From positions 1 through 36,908 of the forward strand of contig DPCD01000166.1 in assembly GCA_003516765.1 (NCBI GenBank): a DNA stretch of 36,908 nucleotides, read 5' to 3'. Source of the stretch: Clostridiales bacterium (GTDB taxonomy: Bacteria; Bacillota; Clostridia; Oscillospirales; Oscillospiraceae). The position numbers and the translations under genes are program-made. Below the pieces are notes generated by a model. The model made no database searches. It had not been told where the DNA came from and worked only from the letters and a program-made list of their open reading frames with translations. Shown here piece by piece: positions 28,059 through 36,262 of this stretch. The first letter of the stretch is position 1. Every line of letters begins with the position of its first letter.

Positions 28059-28628
28059 ATGCTGTTTTGTGCCGCATGTCAGAGCAAAAGCTGCGCTGCC
28101 CGGATGGGCCAGACGCAGACCTTTCCGAAGGGCTGCCCCGGACAGGGAGAAAAGATGGATGCCTGGCTGCAGGAGTATGACGAGCCGCTCGATCGGCTGA
28201 TGGCGCAGAAATCTGCACTCTGCAGCCCGGACCACAGCGAGTGCCGTCTGGCAAAGACCATGCGCTTTGCCAAGGAGTGCGGCTTTCACAAGCTGGGACT
28301 GGCGTTTTGCGATACGCTCGACGAGCAGGGGCGGCAGATTGACGCCATTTTGCGCCGGAACGGCTTTCAGGTAGAAAGCGTCCGCTGCAAGGTGGGGCAC
28401 ATTGACCGGAGCGCCATCGGCGTTCCCTCCGCGCAGAAGGCAATGTGCAACCCGATTGCGCAGGCGGAGCTGCTGAACGAAGCCGGAACGGAGCTGAACA
28501 TCATCGTCGGTCTGTGCGTCGGTCACGACGCGCTGTTCATTCGCCACTCCAAAGCGCCCGTTACGGTGCTGGCGGCAAAGGACCATGTGTATGACAATGC
28601 GCCGCTGGAGTGCCTGAAGGATATGTAG
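28059..28628 (+). CDS. DUF1847-family Cys-rich putative metal-binding protein
   Basis: CAAC...C...GCP, KLGLAFC, CKVG, MCNPIAQA, GLCVGHD, APVTVLAAKD; GGAGG RBS. Confidence 0.85.
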   Translation: MLFCAACQSKSCAARMGQTQTFPKGCPGQGEKMDAWLQEYDEPLDRLMAQKSALCSPDHSECRLAKTMRFAKECGFHKLGLAFCDTLDEQGRQIDAILRRNGFQVESVRCKVGHIDRSAIGVPSAQKAMCNPIAQAELLNEAGTELNIIVGLCVGHDALFIRHSKAPVTVLAAKDHVYDNAPLECLKDM

Positions 28629-28664
28629 CTTTGTCTGCCGGGTTTTCTGACTCTGACAGAGTAA

Positions 28665-28897
28665 AATCGCACCGCAGAGGATTCCCTCTGCGGTGCGATT
28701 CAGGCTGTCGAGGATATTTCCAGACGAAATGTTTCGGAAAGGAAGATAGTGTGAAAGAAACCCATCAGGGGTGTCTTTCGCGTTCAATCAATTCCTTTTT
28801 CAAACTTTTCTGAAGTTTGAAAAAGGATTGCGCGTGTCAAAAAGAACTTTTTGACACGCGCAATCGCACCGCAGAGGATTCCCTCTGCGGTGCGATT
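28665..28897. repeat. Identical 36-bp palindromic direct repeats around a 161-bp palindrome-rich insert (MITE or IS scar)
   Basis: AATCGCACCGCAGAGGATTCCCTCTGCGGTGCGATT at 28665-28700 and 28862-28897; perfect internal IRs at 28793-28827 and 28826-28865. Confidence 0.85.
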
Positions 28898-28900
28898 GCG

Positions 28901-29248
28901 TTATGATGGTTCGTCCGGAGAATCCGGCGGCGCTTCTTCCACCAGCTCGCTGGTGAGAAGACTTTTTTGAAGGCTTGCCGCCTGCTCCAGATCCTCCCAC
29001 GGCACGAACAGCTCCAGCTCGGCGTGGTTCTGCCCGAAGGCGACGGAATACAGGACGCTCCTCGCCTGCCGGGTCAGGCAGCGGATGCCCGCGTCCTTCA
29101 GAAGCTCCTGCATCGCCTCACCCCACGGGGAGACCATGGTGGACAGATAACAAAAGTCGCCGTCTTTGGGCGCGCGCAGAGGCGTTTTGCCGCAGTAGGG
29201 GCAGACCAATCCTTCACAGATCAGATGGCAGTTTTCGCAGTAGTACAT
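28901..29248 (-). CDS. Small protein with N-terminal zinc ribbon (DUF2007-like)
   Basis: ATG 29248 after AAGGAGG; CENC...CPYC, LLKDAGI, ELFVPWEDLEQA. Confidence 0.7.
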   Translation of the reverse strand: MYYCENCHLICEGLVCPYCGKTPLRAPKDGDFCYLSTMVSPWGEAMQELLKDAGIRCLTRQARSVLYSVAFGQNHAELELFVPWEDLEQAASLQKSLLTSELVEEAPPDSPDEPS

Positions 29249-29268
29249 GGCAAGCCCTCCTTCGGCAT

Positions 29269-30612
29269 TTACGCCTTGAGCTGTGCGCGCTCCTCTTTTG
29301 TCTTGCAGAAATGCTCCAGCACGGGGACAAACAGGCACGCCAGTATGCAGCCCGTGAAGCCGCCGTTATACAGCAGATAGCCGCCGTGCAGCAGCGGCAC
29401 ACAGGTGACGAGCGTATAGTGCGCCACACCGGCGAGGATGCCGGCAAACCAGCCGTATCTGCCAGCAACAGGGGAAAGACCGTTTGCAAAGCAGAGCCCC
29501 ACAATGATTGCCTGCGCGTTGATGGCAAGCGCGCCTTCGGTTCCCATCACGCCGCAAAGCGCCTTCATGGCAAAGCTCGCAGCGACATAGCCCACCATGA
29601 TGGACCACACGTTTGCCGGATGGCTTCCTTTGAAGCAGCAGCAGACCATGCAGAACACGCAGCCGAGCGTCACCGCGTTCCAGTTCGCGCCGATGAGCGT
29701 GTAGTAAAGGACGATGAAAAGTCCGTAGACGCCGAAGTTCAGAACGGCAGTCTCAAAGCCGTATTTTGCGCCGTAGTCTGCGCCGAAACCGGTGTCCTTC
29801 AGAAGCTGCCCGTACTTTTTGCCGCCGCCGAGGAAGATCCCCAGCGCGATGGCAAGCAGAAAGACGACCGCGCAGAACGTGTAGCACAGCGCCGGGAACG
29901 AGTCGCCGGTGCCCACACCGGAAGCCTCGGGAAGCACGCCGCCCAGCATCTTATACAGCAGCGCCCGCAGGAAAAACGCGGTCAGACCCATCGGAAGCGC
30001 CGCAGAGTACAGGCAGTAGCCCTTGTGGACATTCGGGCTGTGCGCGAGCCCTGCCGGCAGGATAAAGCCCACACAGGCGCAGACGACCAACGTCAGCACA
30101 AAGCTGCCGAATGTCACGCCGTGCAGTTCCGCGCCGGGATAGCGCAGAAGAAGGTCGGTCGCCAGCGGGCAAAGACCCGTTGCAAAGAGCATCGCATTGA
30201 CCAGACTTCCAAGCGGCTTTTTCTTCACGAGGCTGTACAGCGCGACGCCCACGAACAGGAACCACACGTTCAGAATCGTGATGCCCCAGAAGCTGAAGCC
30301 CGCCGTCAGGAAAAACGCCAGGACGCTCAAGCCGTCGGGCTTTGCGCCGGGCAGCGTATACAGCAGGCTGCAGATCAGGCAGATCAGAAATACGTTCAAA
30401 AAGGTTGCGGCAAAGCCGCCGTAGCTCGCGTCGAAAAAGCTCTTGGTGAGCTGCGCGGGCTGCGTGCAGAGCTGGGCGAGGTTTGCCAGAAGCTCCTGCA
30501 GACCTGTGCCGGAGTCGATCATGCAGACGATCGTGGCAATGGCGCACAGCGCCGTAAAAAGACCAAACAGACGGCGGATGGCGCCTGCCGGTTCCTTGAA
30601 TTGTTCTTTCAC
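29269..30612 (-). CDS. Polytopic membrane protein (DUF1576-like)
   Basis: GTG start after AAAGGAAG; many TM segments; HKGYCLY, GLSPVAGRYGWFAG, HGGYLLYNGGFT. Confidence 0.75.
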   Translation of the reverse strand: MKEQFKEPAGAIRRLFGLFTALCAIATIVCMIDSGTGLQELLANLAQLCTQPAQLTKSFFDASYGGFAATFLNVFLICLICSLLYTLPGAKPDGLSVLAFFLTAGFSFWGITILNVWFLFVGVALYSLVKKKPLGSLVNAMLFATGLCPLATDLLLRYPGAELHGVTFGSFVLTLVVCACVGFILPAGLAHSPNVHKGYCLYSAALPMGLTAFFLRALLYKMLGGVLPEASGVGTGDSFPALCYTFCAVVFLLAIALGIFLGGGKKYGQLLKDTGFGADYGAKYGFETAVLNFGVYGLFIVLYYTLIGANWNAVTLGCVFCMVCCCFKGSHPANVWSIMVGYVAASFAMKALCGVMGTEGALAINAQAIIVGLCFANGLSPVAGRYGWFAGILAGVAHYTLVTCVPLLHGGYLLYNGGFTGCILACLFVPVLEHFCKTKEERAQLKA

Positions 30613-30638
30613 AATCTCTTCTTCCTTTCCGGTAAAAG

Positions 30639-30669
30639 TCTGCCGCCGGAAAAGTGGTCCGGCGGCAGA
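30639..30669 (-). terminator. Stem-loop between folD and the membrane-protein gene
   Basis: TCTGCCGCCGGA / TCCGGCGGCAGA, 12 bp, followed by CTTTT on the minus strand. Confidence 0.55.
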
Positions 30670-30685
30670 TTGGATGAATCAGAAC

Positions 30686-31564
30686 TTACAGCGTACGTTC
30701 GGCTGCCTCGACGACATGACCGATCAGAACCGACGTTGTGACGGAGCCGACACCGCCGGGAACCGGAGTGATCGCGCCGACAATCGGCTCAACCTCGGAG
30801 AAGACTGCGTCGCCCGCGATGGCGCCCTTGCCGCCCTTGGCATTGACTTTCTCGGGGTCCCAGTTGATGGAGACGTCGATGACGATCTGATCTTCGGAGA
30901 CGTAGTCCTTCGTCAGGCTGTTCAGAACGCCCGCGGCGGAGACCAGAATGTCTGCCTTGCGTGCGATACCGGCGACGTCCACGGTCTTGGTGTGGCACAC
31001 GGTGACGGTTGCATTTTTTGCCATGAGCATCATGGCTGCGGGCTTGCCGACGACGAGAGAACGACCAATGACGACGGCGTTCTTGCCCTTGCAGTCGATG
31101 CCGTAGTAGTCGAGAATTTCCATGCAGGCCTGCGGCGTGCAGGGTGCAAAGCCCAGCTTCTTGCCGGTGAAGACGCCGGCGTTGGAGAGGTCGGTCATGC
31201 AGTCGACGTCCTTGGCGGCAGCCAGACGGTTGCAGATCTCATCCTGATCCGCCTTGAGGTGCTTGGGAAGCGGGCGGAACATCAGGCAGCCGTGGATGGA
31301 ATCGTCGGCATTGATCGCTTCGATCTGGGCAATCAGCGCTTCCTTGGTCACGTCCTCGGGTAGGACGAACTTCTGAACCTCGACGCCGATCAGCTCGGCT
31401 CTCGCGGTTGCGCCCTTTTCATAGGACAGGTCGGAGGGGTTTTCGCCGCAGCGGACGATTGCCAGCTTCGGGGTAACGCCTTTTTCCTTGAGAGCCGCGA
31501 CACGCGCCTGCAGCTTCTCGTTCATCGCAGCGGTAACTTCTTTGCCCAGCAGTAATTTAGCCAT
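30686..31564 (-). CDS. folD: Methylene-THF dehydrogenase (FolD family)
   Basis: KDVD, PCTP, GRSLVVGKP, ATVTVCH, GDA, TPVPGGVG. Confidence 0.95.
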   Translation of the reverse strand: MAKLLLGKEVTAAMNEKLQARVAALKEKGVTPKLAIVRCGENPSDLSYEKGATARAELIGVEVQKFVLPEDVTKEALIAQIEAINADDSIHGCLMFRPLPKHLKADQDEICNRLAAAKDVDCMTDLSNAGVFTGKKLGFAPCTPQACMEILDYYGIDCKGKNAVVIGRSLVVGKPAAMMLMAKNATVTVCHTKTVDVAGIARKADILVSAAGVLNSLTKDYVSEDQIVIDVSINWDPEKVNAKGGKGAIAGDAVFSEVEPIVGAITPVPGGVGSVTTSVLIGHVVEAAERTL

Positions 31565-31581
31565 GCGTCATATCTCCTTCG

Positions 31582-32202
31582 TTATTTAAAGAATCCGGCT
31601 TTGACGGTTTCAAAGATTTCATCGGCGAGCTTGCCGTAGGTATCGAGCATCCCTAAGCACTTGGCGTTCATTTCCTCGGCGACTGCGCGGTTGGCGAGCG
31701 TCTTGGTATTGATGAACACGTTGAGAGAAGCCGCCTGCAGCGCGGACTTTACGATCACAGCGCCGCAGCCTGCGTCGGAAACGGCAAGGCGGGAGCCCTT
31801 GTCGGCAAAGACCTTGATGGCGTCGAGCGACTTGCAGCACAGCTCCATGATGTGCATCGGGACCTGGCAGGCAATGATGGTCGCCTTTTCCAGCGTTTCT
31901 GCTCTCGTGGGATCGTCCTTCGGGATGCCGTAAGCCTTTGCAAGCGGCACAAAGCCCTCGGCGTCTGCCGGGACCTGATCGAGCAGCTGCTTCTGAAGAT
32001 CGTCACACTCTTTCATGAGGGCTTTGATCTCTTCTTCGACGTCTGCGTATTTTTTCTTGCCAACGGTGAGCGAGCCCACCATGTTTCCAAGCGCCGTGCC
32101 GAGCGCGGCAACGAGAGCCGATGCGCCGCCGCCGCCGGGAGCCGGCTCGTTGGAGGCGAGAACCGTGACAAATTCACGGCAGGATTTTGTCGTCATATCC
32201 AT
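31582..32202 (-). CDS. fchA: Methenyl-THF cyclohydrolase (FchA, FTCD_C family)
   Basis: LASNEPAPGGGGASA, MVGSLTVGKKKY, AVSDAG, LNVFIN; located between fhs and folD. Confidence 0.9.
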   Translation of the reverse strand: MDMTTKSCREFVTVLASNEPAPGGGGASALVAALGTALGNMVGSLTVGKKKYADVEEEIKALMKECDDLQKQLLDQVPADAEGFVPLAKAYGIPKDDPTRAETLEKATIIACQVPMHIMELCCKSLDAIKVFADKGSRLAVSDAGCGAVIVKSALQAASLNVFINTKTLANRAVAEEMNAKCLGMLDTYGKLADEIFETVKAGFFK

Positions 32203-32445
32203 GAAATGTTTCTCCTTAATCAGAAAGAGAGGCGGCGGATAACCGCCGCCTCCCGGTTGGGTTTGCGTATACAGCTTTTAGCCTCGCAGAGTTTTATGCG
32301 TCAGCATAAAATCAATTTGAAATTATTTTTTTGTGAGGGCTTTACCCTTGCAAAAAATCCTGCTCAGGCTGCAAACGTGCGAGCGCAGCAAGTGCGCTGC
32401 CGCAGACTGCAAATTCTTCGAACAAAAGCCTGCTTTTGTTCGATT

Positions 32446-34257
32446 TTAGAACAGACCGGAAACCTTGCCGGTCTCGGTGTCGACGTCGACGCGGCGATAG
32501 GCGGGGTTGGCTGCCGTGCCGGGCATCATGGAGATGGTACCAGCCATCGGGCAGAGGAACTTCGCGCCGCCGTATTCCAGAATGTCGCGGACCTTGAGCT
32601 TCCAGCCTTTGGGTTCGCCCTTCTTGGTGGGGTCGTCGGACAGGGACAGGTGGGTCTTGACCATCATCGTGCAGTAATCCTTGTACTTCGGGTCAGACTC
32701 GAAGCGCTCTGCCTTCTGGACAGCCAGAGGTGCCCATTCGACGCCGTCTGCACCGTAGACTTCCTTCGCGATCAGCTCGACGCGCTGACGCAGCGGCATT
32801 TCGAGGTCGTACAGGAACTTGATGTTGACGGGATCTTCGCAAGCCTCGACGACGGTCTTTGCCAGCTCGATCGCGCCTTCACCGCCGAAGCGCCAGTGGT
32901 TGGACTCGGCGCAGCGGACGCCATGCTCGGCGCAGAGCTTCTTCAGCAGAGCGATTTCCGCGTCGGTGTCGGTGTAGAAGCGGTTGATGCAGACGACCGG
33001 ATTGATGCCGGACTTCTTGATGGTGTTGACATGATGGAACAGGTTGCAGGTGCCCTTTTCCAGGAGCTCGAGGTTCTCCTCGGTGTATTCCTTGGCAAGG
33101 GGAGCGCCCGGGGTGACCTTCGGGCCGCCGCCGTGCATCTTGAGCGCGCGGACGGTTGCAACCAGAACGGAGACGTTCGGGGTCAGACCGGAAAGACGGG
33201 TCTTGACGTTCCAGAACTTCTCAAAGCCGATGTCGGCAGCGAAGCCGGACTCTGTGACATGGTAATCGAACAGCTTCAGAGCCAGACGGTCCGCAATAAC
33301 GGAGGACTGACCGATGGCGATGTTGGCAAACGGACCGGCATGGACCAGAACGGGCTGATGCTCGACCGTGTAGCACATGGTGGGGTTGATGGTGTTGCGC
33401 ATCCATGCGGTCATGGCGCCGGCAACTTCGAGGTCCTCGCAGGTGACGGGGTCGCCGCTCTTGGAGTAGGCAACAACGATCTTGCCGATACGCTCACGCA
33501 GATCCTTCAGATCGCGGGCGACAGCGAGGATCGCCATCAGCTCGGAGCCAACGGCAATGCCGAACTTGGACTCCATCAGGTAGCCGTCGAGACGACCGCC
33601 GATGCCCATGATGATATTGCGAAGACCCTGTGCGCAGAAGTCCAGGACCCAGCCCATCTCCACACGCTTGGGGTCGATATCCAGACGCTTCAGACCCTTG
33701 CTTGCCAGCCACTCGTCGTTGTTGTTGCGCTCGTGCTGCATACGCGCGTTCAGAGCGACCATCGCCAAGTTGTGCGCGTTCATGATATCGTTGATATCGC
33801 CGGTCAGACCCAGGGAGAACTCGGTCATTGGCATCAGAAGCGCGTTGCCGCCGCCGGCAGCAGTGCCCTTGACGTTCATCGTCGGACCGCCGGAGGGCTG
33901 ACGCAGAGCGCCGCCAACGTTCAGACCCAGCTTGCCGAGACCTTCGATCAGACCCAGAGAGACGGTGGACTTGCCCTCGCCGAACGGGGTCGGGGTGATT
34001 GCGGTGACTTCGATGAACTTGCCGTCGGGCTTATCCTTCAGACGGTTCATAACCTTGATAAAGTCAATCTTCGGGGTCTTGCCGTAGGGAATGATTTCTT
34101 CCGGCAGCAGACCGAGCTTCTCGCGGAAGTAATCCACAGAAGGCAGGTTCTTTTCCGCTTCTTCAGCGATCTGCCAGTCCTTGTATTCCGTCGGGTCCAG
34201 CGTGACACGACCGGTCTGGGGGTCAACGTACTTGCCATCTTTAAATTCGATTGCCAT
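32446..34257 (-). CDS. fhs: Formate-tetrahydrofolate ligase
   Basis: [74 protein letters not shown]. Confidence 0.96.
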   Translation of the reverse strand: MAIEFKDGKYVDPQTGRVTLDPTEYKDWQIAEEAEKNLPSVDYFREKLGLLPEEIIPYGKTPKIDFIKVMNRLKDKPDGKFIEVTAITPTPFGEGKSTVSLGLIEGLGKLGLNVGGALRQPSGGPTMNVKGTAAGGGNALLMPMTEFSLGLTGDINDIMNAHNLAMVALNARMQHERNNNDEWLASKGLKRLDIDPKRVEMGWVLDFCAQGLRNIIMGIGGRLDGYLMESKFGIAVGSELMAILAVARDLKDLRERIGKIVVAYSKSGDPVTCEDLEVAGAMTAWMRNTINPTMCYTVEHQPVLVHAGPFANIAIGQSSVIADRLALKLFDYHVTESGFAADIGFEKFWNVKTRLSGLTPNVSVLVATVRALKMHGGGPKVTPGAPLAKEYTEENLELLEKGTCNLFHHVNTIKKSGINPVVCINRFYTDTDAEIALLKKLCAEHGVRCAESNHWRFGGEGAIELAKTVVEACEDPVNIKFLYDLEMPLRQRVELIAKEVYGADGVEWAPLAVQKAERFESDPKYKDYCTMMVKTHLSLSDDPTKKGEPKGWKLKVRDILEYGGAKFLCPMAGTISMMPGTAANPAYRRVDVDTETGKVSGLF

Positions 34258-34388
34258 GGATATTTCCTCCTTGTTCTTCCGGGGCTTTCACTCCGCCCCC
34301 GGGAAAGAATAGCTTTGGCGCTATGCATCCCTTCATCCGCAGCCAACAGCGCCATGCGGAATCGATACTTTTTTATCGGTTCGTTCTT

Positions 34389-34417
34389 AGAATATCACTA
34401 ACCTTTTTGGAAGTCAA
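34389..34417 (-). promoter_or_regulatory. Sigma70 promoter of fhs-fchA-folD
   Basis: TTGACT-17 nt-TATTCT with a TG extension. Confidence 0.6.
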
Positions 34418-34648
34418 TACCTAAAAAACGTTTTGTAGCTTTGCACGGAAACACCGCCGTTTCTTTGTGCGATATGTCGCATATGATATAAAGCACCTGA
34501 GTGCTGATATGGCTCTCAGGCGCGTTTATACAAATAGGATTTTCGTTTGTACGGAAAATTTGTCCGAAATGCCGAGCGATATTTCACGTATGGAATATCC
34601 TTATTCTGGGAGAACTCGGCATATGCAATCGGATCTGCCCCGGCAGAA

Positions 34649-35614
34649 TCAGTCCTTCGACGCGGGCGCGTCAACCACGGTCACGTCCGCATTTGCCCGC
34701 ACAAAGGCGATTGCCTTCTTCATGCGGATGTTGTCGCGGACGCTGGCTTCGAACTGCGCGTTCATGTGGGGCTTCAGCTGCTCCATGGTCAGCCCGTTCT
34801 GCCGGCAGATGGCAGCAAGCTCGTTGGCATAGTCCTCGTCCGTCGCAGTAAGACCTTCGAGAAGAGCAATGCGCTCGGCAGATTTCTGAATGCGCAGGCT
34901 GTTTTCCGCCTCGGGCTTTGCGTCGTCGCGGATCTGCTGCTCGGTTTTGCCGGTGAACTGGAGATATGCCTCCAGCGTCAAGCCCTTGCGCCCCAGCTGC
35001 GCCTTTAAAAGCTCGACCTGCGCGTCGATGCCTTCTTTCAGCTCCTGCGCGCTTGGCGTGTAGTCGAGCGTTGCAGCCGCCTGACGCATGAGGGTGTCCT
35101 GCACCTCCATCTCGGCGCGCTCGTCGTAATAGTCCTGCAGGCTCTGACGGAGCTTCTGCTTCATTTCTTCGAGCGTCTGGCAGCCGCCGACCTCTTTGGC
35201 AAATACGTCGTCCAGCTCGTAGGCAGACTTTTCGCGGACCTCGACGATGTGGCAGCGGAACTCGGCGGGCTTTCCGGCAAGGTCGGTGGCGCGGTAGTCC
35301 TTCGGGAAGGTCACGGTGACGAGCACGTCGCTGCCGGCATGCGCGCCGACGAGCTGCGACTCGAAGCCGGGGATGAACATGCCGCTGCCGAGCGTGAGAA
35401 CCTGCTCTTTTGCCGTGCCGCCGTCAAATTGCTTGCCGTCGACGAAGCCGGCGTAATCCAGAACCACGTCGTCTCCCATTTTGGCAGCGCGCTCGGTGAC
35501 GGGAATCACGCGCGGCGTCTGCTGGCGGAGCCGGTCCATCTGGCGGTCCAGCTCATGCTCCGTGACCGTCAGCTTTTCAAAATTTGCCTTCAAACCCTTG
35601 TATACAAAGCTCAT
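34649..35614 (-). CDS. Trigger factor-like chaperone (FKBP PPIase plus C-domain) without the ribosome-binding domain
   Basis: YKGL, GDDVVLDYAGFVDGKQFDGG, LGSGMFIPGFESQLVG, VTFPKDY..LAGK, LDDVFAK; no GFRxG motif; own GAGAGG RBS. Confidence 0.88.
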   Translation of the reverse strand: MSFVYKGLKANFEKLTVTEHELDRQMDRLRQQTPRVIPVTERAAKMGDDVVLDYAGFVDGKQFDGGTAKEQVLTLGSGMFIPGFESQLVGAHAGSDVLVTVTFPKDYRATDLAGKPAEFRCHIVEVREKSAYELDDVFAKEVGGCQTLEEMKQKLRQSLQDYYDERAEMEVQDTLMRQAAATLDYTPSAQELKEGIDAQVELLKAQLGRKGLTLEAYLQFTGKTEQQIRDDAKPEAENSLRIQKSAERIALLEGLTATDEDYANELAAICRQNGLTMEQLKPHMNAQFEASVRDNIRMKKAIAFVRANADVTVVDAPASKD

Positions 35615-35625
35615 GATGTTTCCTC

Positions 35626-36258
35626 TCAGAAGTTATTTTTGATGCTGGAAATCAGAATATCGCCAGCCACCACGCGGTCTTCCGCAGAGAAGCCGGTTTC
35701 AAAGTTGTCGGAATACAGCACCTGGCTGCTGGGCGGGAATTCATCGTCTCCGGCGTAGACCATGATCTGCATCCGGTAGCCGGGCAGCAGTTCAAATTCA
35801 TATCCTGCGTCGCCGTGCTCAACGCGCGCGCCTCCCATGTTTTCACAGGCTTCGGCAAATTTGCCGACACGGGTGCCAAAGGTAAACGCGGCTCGGGTCA
35901 GGACCCGCCCGGTGTAGGGGCTGATGTACAGCTCGCCCCACGGCATTTCGCGGAAGGTCTTGAAGCTCAGCCAGGGACCTGCCTTTTTGCCTTCGAGCAG
36001 ATACCGGAGCAGGAAGGTCTGCGTGGGAATATTTTTGAGACCGAACGCTTTCGGGTTATCTGCCGAGATGGTGTACTCGGGCCAGGTTATGACGTAGGCT
36101 TCTCCCAGAAGCGTCACGGTAAACGCGCCCTTTTCAAACGGCACGCCGCAGCGCAGCGCCGCCTCGTCGGGATCGAGCGCGCGGAACAGCGCCTCATAGT
36201 GGGCAAACGGGACTTCTTCCTTGTTGTTCTGGATGTCTTTACTCTTCAGCTCTGCCAT
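35626..36258 (-). CDS. DUF3786-family protein
   Basis: ATG 36258 after AGGAG; LLRYLL, TFREMPWGELY, ELLP, GDDEFPPSSQVLYS. Confidence 0.8.
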   Translation of the reverse strand: MAELKSKDIQNNKEEVPFAHYEALFRALDPDEAALRCGVPFEKGAFTVTLLGEAYVITWPEYTISADNPKAFGLKNIPTQTFLLRYLLEGKKAGPWLSFKTFREMPWGELYISPYTGRVLTRAAFTFGTRVGKFAEACENMGGARVEHGDAGYEFELLPGYRMQIMVYAGDDEFPPSSQVLYSDNFETGFSAEDRVVAGDILISSIKNNF

Positions 36259-36262
36259 CGTA

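Noticed and set aside
20285..28787. Long minus-strand ORFs (592, 297, 405, 469, 411, 281 aa)
   Set aside because: Shadows of the well-supported plus-strand cluster.
28665..28897. CRISPR array (36-bp palindromic repeats)
   Set aside because: Only two copies, a 161-bp spacer, fully palindromic terminator-like units and no cas genes in the window.
28975..31363. 588-aa and 306-aa plus-strand ORFs
   Set aside because: Antisense to the membrane-protein gene and folD.
31852..34401. 849-aa plus-strand ORF
   Set aside because: Antisense shadow of fhs/fchA caused by high-GC codon bias; no recognisable motifs.
32203..34648. THF or ZTP riboswitch near fhs/fchA
   Set aside because: Their conserved sequence cores were not found by eye in either intergenic region.
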